Assembly (NCBI RefSeq): GCF_000787575.1
Contig: NW_012236500.1
Span: forward strand, 9,001 to 73,000
DNA: 64,000 nt
Reading direction: 5' to 3'
Source: Acytostelium subglobosum
Lineage: Eukaryota
Shown: piece after piece, positions 58,405 to 64,000 of the stretch
Layout: each line of letters opens with the position of its first letter
Position numbering within the stretch: the stretch's first letter is position 1
Program-made: the position numbers and the translations under genes
The notes under the pieces: model-generated
The model's database searches: none
What the model was told of the DNA's origin: nothing
The model's input: the letters and a program-made list of their open reading frames with translations, nothing else

Positions 58405-60447
58405 ATGGATAGACTATCATATTTAGTTATTAGACAGATATTCGATTATTTGAAGGATGATCATTTCAATGCATTGTGCTTGGGCATCACTTGTAGACGT
58501 CTGTTTGATATAATGATCAAACGTATGACTGTTGTCGAGATGAATCATTGGGACAAGTCTCTAGAACTGTACAGACATTGCCAACCAACAATGTCCATAA
58601 AATTGTATAGCCTCTACACTCTAGAGAAGATGCCTTCTTACTCCCGCCTTGTGGACCTGACCATCACTTCAGAGAATCAAACAGCCGCTCCTTTTGAGTT
58701 GCCCCCATTCCTCACTCGTCTAAGTCTCCATTCCGGTCTAGAGATCATATCTGCCCCACTGCCATCATCGATCACCATTCTGAACCTTGAAAACCAATCC
58801 CGGCCATTCAACTTTGGCGAACTTCCACTATCTCTCACCACAATGTCCATTGACGTCAAGGACAATTGGACAATCCAGCCCGGTACCCTGCCTTCTTCAC
58901 TAGTATCTTTGACCCTCCTCCCAGACTTTGAGCGATTTCTTGATCCCAATGTCCCCATCCTGATACCTGGTTCACTTCCTGGATCACTGGAAACTCTTTC
59001 CCTTCAGGGTTCGATCATCGAGCGTTTGAAGCCGGGATTGCTCCCATCATCTCTCAAATCACTCAAGCTAGACGATCTTCGTGTTCCACCAACGCTTGGC
59101 GATATCCCCTCTTCGATCATATCACTAGAGTTTGGCAGTGACTTCAACCATCCTCTGGGAGTGGGTGTTCTGCCTTCGTCACTCCAGACGCTACACTTTG
59201 GCTACACTTTCAATCAGCAATTCTTACCTGGAGTGTTTCCACGATCACTCAAGTCATTATACTTTGACGAAGGACTATTCAATCAATCATTTGGACTTGA
59301 TGTGCTTCCACCTCACCTGACAACACTCTCGCTGCTGTCAAGATTCAACAAAACAATCATTCCTGGATCTTTGCCCAACAGCCTGGTCACTCTTCAGTTT
59401 GGCAAGATATATGGAACCATTGATCTAGATGTGCTCCCAACTTCTCTCACATCTCTGACATACGAATTTAAGGGTACCTTCTCTTTGAGATATTCTTTTG
59501 AACTTTATACATATAGTCTACTTGTCTCGTGGCCTCCTTCACTCCAAACTATGGTCGTTGGTGATCTGTGGCGGTTTAACTATCATGAGCCCATACCCAT
59601 TCCACCAAGCGTTACATCATTGTCAATTCAACTTGTACAACAAGAGCATCTTAGATTACTGTCAAAGTCATTGACATATCTTGACCTTGGACATACTTTC
59701 AATAGTCCAATCACACAAGGATCATTGCCACCATCACTAGTCCATCTGATAATTGGAAATGCATTCAATCAGGTGTTGCCAACTGGAGTGCTACCCGCCA
59801 CTCTGACCGACCTTTCTCTTGGGGATACATTTAACCAGGCTTTGCCCATTGGAGTGTTGCCACCATCTCTCAAATCACTAGGTCTGGGACGTCATTTCAA
59901 GCAAGGATTGAAACAAACATCACTTCCAGGAACATTGCGAACTCTGTCAGTGGACTCACGGGGCCAGACCAAGTATGTTACTTTACCAACTTCATCATTC
60001 AAGTCTGACCTCGATTTGTTGGAGGTGAGGACTGGATTCTTTTGGACAAACATGGCCACAAAGAACAAGGCAAGTTCAATCAAGTTGTTGCGAATCAAAC
60101 AATATAAGAGAACATATGAGAGGAGCCAAGCCCATATCATCGGACCAATGGTTGTGTCATTCCCCAATGTACACACGTTCGACGTCACCTTCCACATTCA
60201 CCGAAGCAAAGATTCTCTTGATTTTGACCTCCCTCTAAAGTTACCAATTGATTGCGACTTATTATACAGAATCCAAGTTCGCCGAATCCACCATCAACTT
60301 GCTATTTGCCTTATCTACAATCATCATTATCTTATCAAAGATCCTAAATTTTGTTTGAGAATACTAGACTTGTCTCGATACGATGGCAGTCGTCCTAGTT
60401 GTCCAAGTCCTGCTATCCATACATTCAACCAGCAATCAATCAATTAA
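58405..60447 (+). CDS. F-box-like/FNIP-repeat protein (array unit 4, intact, 680 aa)
   Basis: Single ORF with the same architecture. It is preceded by the conserved spacer block ..gtgaagtgattgatcaggtgcttgtgggtgtggttatttgattgattgattgagtgtggg.. shared with unit 3. Confidence 0.85.
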   Translation: MDRLSYLVIRQIFDYLKDDHFNALCLGITCRRLFDIMIKRMTVVEMNHWDKSLELYRHCQPTMSIKLYSLYTLEKMPSYSRLVDLTITSENQTAAPFELPPFLTRLSLHSGLEIISAPLPSSITILNLENQSRPFNFGELPLSLTTMSIDVKDNWTIQPGTLPSSLVSLTLLPDFERFLDPNVPILIPGSLPGSLETLSLQGSIIERLKPGLLPSSLKSLKLDDLRVPPTLGDIPSSIISLEFGSDFNHPLGVGVLPSSLQTLHFGYTFNQQFLPGVFPRSLKSLYFDEGLFNQSFGLDVLPPHLTTLSLLSRFNKTIIPGSLPNSLVTLQFGKIYGTIDLDVLPTSLTSLTYEFKGTFSLRYSFELYTYSLLVSWPPSLQTMVVGDLWRFNYHEPIPIPPSVTSLSIQLVQQEHLRLLSKSLTYLDLGHTFNSPITQGSLPPSLVHLIIGNAFNQVLPTGVLPATLTDLSLGDTFNQALPIGVLPPSLKSLGLGRHFKQGLKQTSLPGTLRTLSVDSRGQTKYVTLPTSSFKSDLDLLEVRTGFFWTNMATKNKASSIKLLRIKQYKRTYERSQAHIIGPMVVSFPNVHTFDVTFHIHRSKDSLDFDLPLKLPIDCDLLYRIQVRRIHHQLAICLIYNHHYLIKDPKFCLRILDLSRYDGSRPSCPSPAIHTFNQQSIN

Positions 60448-60827
60448 TCATGGAATAAATCTATATATTTTGGCGGGTCTTCCTTTAAGGTCCTCTGGTA
60501 CTCTTTTATTTAGTATAGCTGGTAGTGTATGTGGTTTCCCATATAAGGGCACTGGACCCCTCTATGTAGTCTGTTCAATTTGAAGTGATCAATCATAAAT
60601 GTGTGGTTAACCCAAATATTTGATTGATTGATTGAGTGTATTGGCAACAAATAGGAGGGCTACTGTCATAGCAGATGATTTAAACAGAGTGTGTGATGTC
60701 GACAGTGTGTGAATGAAAGAATGGATGAATAAATGAATGATAGACTCAGTGAGGGACCAATGTATATCAAATTCTATAACACCAGAGAGATAGACATAAC
60801 TAGAGAGAGAGAAGCAAGGCTATAAAC

Positions 60828-62921
60828 ATGATGGACAGACTATCACATTTAGTTATTAGACAGATATTCGAGTATTTAAAGGATGATCATTTCAATGCAG
60901 TGTGCTTGGGCATCACTTGTAGACGACTGTTTGAAATAATGATCAAACGGATGACTGATGTCGAAATGTATCATTGGGACAAGTCACTAGAACTGGACAA
61001 ACATTGCAAACAAAGAATGTCCATACCAATAAATGAATTGGAGAATCTTGAGAAGATGCCTTCCTACGACCGCCTGGCTGATCTGACAATCACATACTCC
61101 TACAACGAGAAAGTCCTACCCCATCAGTTGCCCCCATCACTCACTCGATTAAGTATAACAAACAATCTCTTGCCCGGACCCTTGCCACCATCGATCACCA
61201 GTTTGACACTTGGGAATCATTTCCAGCCTTTCAATATTGGAGATCTGCCACCAACTCTAAGGACAATGTCCGTTACCTGCTCCACTGATTGGACCATTCA
61301 ACCTCGCACCCTACCATCGTCACTCGTCTTCCTGAAGCTCAAACCAATCTATTACCATTACCCAACACTTAATACCAAAGTACCCTTGTTGATACTCGGT
61401 TCACTCCCCGATTCACTCGAGACCCTCGCACTAAAGGGTACCATCATAGACCAGCTGCAACCTTCATTGCTCCCATCATCCCTCACAAACCTTAAACTTG
61501 ACCACCTTCTTAATCCACCGAAGCCTGGCGATCTGCCTTCTTCAATCACATCACTTAAGTTTGGCAAACACTTCAATCTTGAGCTTGGCGTGGACGTCCT
61601 TCCCCGGTCACTCCAGACACTAACCTTTGGAAAAAAGTTCAACCAGCCACTCAGTCCCGGTGTCCTTCCAAGATCACTCCAGTCATTATACTTTGTCAAA
61701 GATGGCGAGTTCAATCAACCTCTTGAGCTGGACGTACTTCCACCTCAACTGTCCAAACTATCGTTGTTGTCCAGACGCAATCAAGATTTCAGAGTCCAAG
61801 GGATATTGCCTAGCAGCATTATTACCTTGGAGATTGGAGATTCAAGCTTGATATATCTGAGTGCCTTGCCACAATCTCTCACCTCTCTGACATATGGATA
61901 CAAGCGCACCTTCATAGTCCAATATGAATATGATTGTTTTAATCGAAGTCATTCCTCATTTTGGCCACCATCACTTCAAACCTTGGTTGTTGGTAATCTG
62001 TGGAATTACAGCCCGCACCATGGACATCTGCCTCTACCCCCAAGCGTGACATCATTGTCCATTCAACTTGAACTGCAAGAGCATCTTACTTTATTGTCAC
62101 CATCCTTGACATACCTGGACCTGGGCAATCTCTACAACAGTCCGATCACAAGTGGAGCATTTCCATCAACACTTGTCCACCTGACCATTGGTAATGCATT
62201 CAACCAACTATTGCAAGTCGGAGCGTTGCCATCATCACTGGTCAAACTTTCATTTGGTGATGCATTCAACCAACCATTGCCCACTGGAGTTTTGCCGTCA
62301 TCACTCGTCCACCTTTCATTTGGTGATTCATTCAATCAACCATTGCCAACTGGAGTGCTGCCCCCATCCCTTTCTTACCTAAGTCTGGGCCGTGAGTTCA
62401 ATCAAGGATTGAAACAAACTTCATTGCCTCGATCTCTTCAAATACTATCAGTTAACACACTGAGACAGACCAAGTATGTCACATTACCAAAGTCATTCAA
62501 GTCTGACCTTGAGTTGCTGGAGGTCAGGTCAACATTTGTTTGGACAAACATGGTCCCCAAGAACAAGATGAGATCAATCAAGTTGTTGCGAATCAAACAA
62601 TTCGAGAAGAGGAGTTCGTGCTCGGACAGTCAATCAAGTATAATCGGACCAATGCTAGTGTCATTGCCCAATGTGCACACGTTTGATATCGAGTTCTATG
62701 AACAACCAAGGAAAGGAGAGTTTGAAGGCGATATCCTGAAAGTGCAGTATAGGATCCAAGTTCGTCGGATCAACGAACGTCTTGCAATTGGCTTGTTCAG
62801 CTACACTCCCAACAGTTGGCCAATAAGATGTCTTCCTATACACAATGATGGTAAACATTGTATGAGGATACTAAACCTGTCTCGACACTATGTTAGTCGA
62901 CAATCAAACATTAATAAATGA
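60828..62921 (+). CDS. F-box-like/FNIP-repeat protein (array unit 5, intact, 697 aa)
   Basis: Single ORF MMDRLSHLVIRQIFEYLKDDHFNAVCLGITCRRLFEIM.., FNIP repeats throughout, and a divergent C-terminus. Confidence 0.85.
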   Translation: MMDRLSHLVIRQIFEYLKDDHFNAVCLGITCRRLFEIMIKRMTDVEMYHWDKSLELDKHCKQRMSIPINELENLEKMPSYDRLADLTITYSYNEKVLPHQLPPSLTRLSITNNLLPGPLPPSITSLTLGNHFQPFNIGDLPPTLRTMSVTCSTDWTIQPRTLPSSLVFLKLKPIYYHYPTLNTKVPLLILGSLPDSLETLALKGTIIDQLQPSLLPSSLTNLKLDHLLNPPKPGDLPSSITSLKFGKHFNLELGVDVLPRSLQTLTFGKKFNQPLSPGVLPRSLQSLYFVKDGEFNQPLELDVLPPQLSKLSLLSRRNQDFRVQGILPSSIITLEIGDSSLIYLSALPQSLTSLTYGYKRTFIVQYEYDCFNRSHSSFWPPSLQTLVVGNLWNYSPHHGHLPLPPSVTSLSIQLELQEHLTLLSPSLTYLDLGNLYNSPITSGAFPSTLVHLTIGNAFNQLLQVGALPSSLVKLSFGDAFNQPLPTGVLPSSLVHLSFGDSFNQPLPTGVLPPSLSYLSLGREFNQGLKQTSLPRSLQILSVNTLRQTKYVTLPKSFKSDLELLEVRSTFVWTNMVPKNKMRSIKLLRIKQFEKRSSCSDSQSSIIGPMLVSLPNVHTFDIEFYEQPRKGEFEGDILKVQYRIQVRRINERLAIGLFSYTPNSWPIRCLPIHNDGKHCMRILNLSRHYVSRQSNINK

Positions 62922-62980
62922 TGAAGAATATGATCTTAATCAAATCTTTTTTGTTGAACAAATAACGAACGATAGAGATA

Positions 62981-63054
62981 GAACGAACGAACGAACGAAC
63001 GAACGAACGAACGAACGAACGAACGAACGAACGAACGAACGAACGAACGAACGA
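62981..63054. repeat. (GAAC)n microsatellite, about 18 units, in the spacer between array units 5 and 6
   Basis: Direct reading: gaacgaacgaacgaac... ending ..gaacgaatg. Confidence 0.85.
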
Positions 63055-63074
63055 ATGAAGGAGAGAGAGGAAGG

Positions 63075-64000
63075 ATGGACAGACTCTCATTGTTAGTTGT
63101 ACGACAGATATTCGATTACTTGAAAGATGATCACTTCAATGCATTGTGCTTGGGCTTCACTTGTAAACGTCTGTTTGATATAATGATCAAACAGTTGACA
63201 GATGTGACAATCAATCATGGTGACAGGACACAAGAGTTGAAGAGACAATGCAAACCAACAATGGAAATTAAATCAACCAATCGATTGGACAATCTTAATA
63301 ACGATCTTTATTATGACCGTCTGACCGACCTGACCATCACTAACTCTGGTTACGACGAATCAGTCTTACCTGATCGGCTGCCACCATCACTCACTCGTCT
63401 AAGTGTGGCCCAGGGACTAAAGCCTGGCGCCTTGCCGCCATCGATCACCAGTCTGAACATTGACAATCATTGCAAGCCATTCAACATTGGCGATCTGCCA
63501 CCATCTCTTCGAACATTTTCTTTTATATGTACGAAGAATGATTGGACGATCCAACCTCGCACACTACCATCATCGCTTGTCTCCTTGACAATCAAGACTT
63601 GCTTTGACAATATATATAATCGTAATGTTTCCCTGCTGATACCCTCTTCACTCCCCGATTCACTTGAGACACTCATACTACTCGGGTCAATCTTTCCACG
63701 TTTGCAACCTGGATTGCTCCCATCATCGATTACATCACTGAAGCTTGGAGACCTACTCGATCCACCGACGCCTGGAGATCTACCTTCATCGATCATATCA
63801 CTTGAGTTTGGCAGTCGCTTCAATTATGCGATTGGTGTGGGCGTGCTGCCCTCATCACTCCAGACGCTACGCTTTGGCCTCAATTACAATCAACCAATCA
63901 ATCCTGGTGTGCTACCACAATCACTCCAGTCATTATACTTTGTCGGCCAATTCAATCAACCGTTTGGCCTGAACGTACTTCCACCGCAACTGGCCACACT
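63075..64000 (+). CDS. F-box-like/FNIP-repeat protein (array unit 6), 5' part. It runs open to the window edge.
   Basis: ATG at 63075, then MDRLSLLVVRQIFDYLKDDHFNALCLGFTCKRLFDIM.. with no stop up to position 64000. The track omitted it only because it has no stop codon. Confidence 0.8.
   Translation, partial: MDRLSLLVVRQIFDYLKDDHFNALCLGFTCKRLFDIMIKQLTDVTINHGDRTQELKRQCKPTMEIKSTNRLDNLNNDLYYDRLTDLTITNSGYDESVLPDRLPPSLTRLSVAQGLKPGALPPSITSLNIDNHCKPFNIGDLPPSLRTFSFICTKNDWTIQPRTLPSSLVSLTIKTCFDNIYNRNVSLLIPSSLPDSLETLILLGSIFPRLQPGLLPSSITSLKLGDLLDPPTPGDLPSSIISLEFGSRFNYAIGVGVLPSSLQTLRFGLNYNQPINPGVLPQSLQSLYFVGQFNQPFGLNVLPPQLAT

Larger units (their letters stand above)
50876..64000 (+). repeat. Head-to-tail tandem array of six ~2.3-2.5 kb F-box/FNIP gene units
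   Basis: Gene starts fall at 50876, 53396, 55915, 58405, 60828 and 63075, a period of about 2.25-2.52 kb. The units share conserved 5' spacer and 3' flank blocks. Confidence 0.85.

Noticed and set aside
50876-64000. A CRISPR-like or prokaryotic defence-island interpretation of the regular ~2.4 kb periodicity.
   Set aside because: The units are protein-coding eukaryotic genes with F-box-like and FNIP repeats and spliceosomal introns elsewhere in the window. There is no repeat-spacer architecture and no prokaryotic gene signals.

Overview
The window reads as a eukaryotic nuclear segment, most likely from a dictyostelid social amoeba, and not as a prokaryotic island. Three things point that way, all by inference. 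Genes carry short GT..AG introns, some placed directly after the ATG. There are many F-box-like/FNIP-repeat genes. A tRNA lacks an encoded CCA and is followed by a T-run. GC content is moderate, so this is not D. discoideum itself. Note that the supplied ORF track begins many ORFs at GTG/TTG, so I re-anchored starts and splice sites by hand. I can support about 25 protein-coding genes, one tRNA-Val, one candidate structured ncRNA with an upstream DUSE-like promoter motif, tetranucleotide microsatellites, and two tandem clusters of FNIP-repeat genes, several of them decayed to pseudogenes. Recognisable products are a CaMK-like kinase, TMEM184, major vault protein, ribosomal protein eL20, a MINPP-like histidine acid phosphatase, a PH-domain protein, a uridine-phosphorylase-like enzyme, RagA GTPase, TMEM120 and histidine ammonia-lyase. 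Two gene models look unusual and are the main candidates for something new. One (34277-37472, +) joins a complete voltage-sensor/6TM ion-transport domain to a DH-PH RhoGEF. The other (6618-10653, possibly to 10939, -) appears to splice ankyrin repeats plus a C1 diacylglycerol-binding domain to a calcineurin-B-like EF-hand module and a PIP5K catalytic domain. All of this is manual reading; no searches were run.
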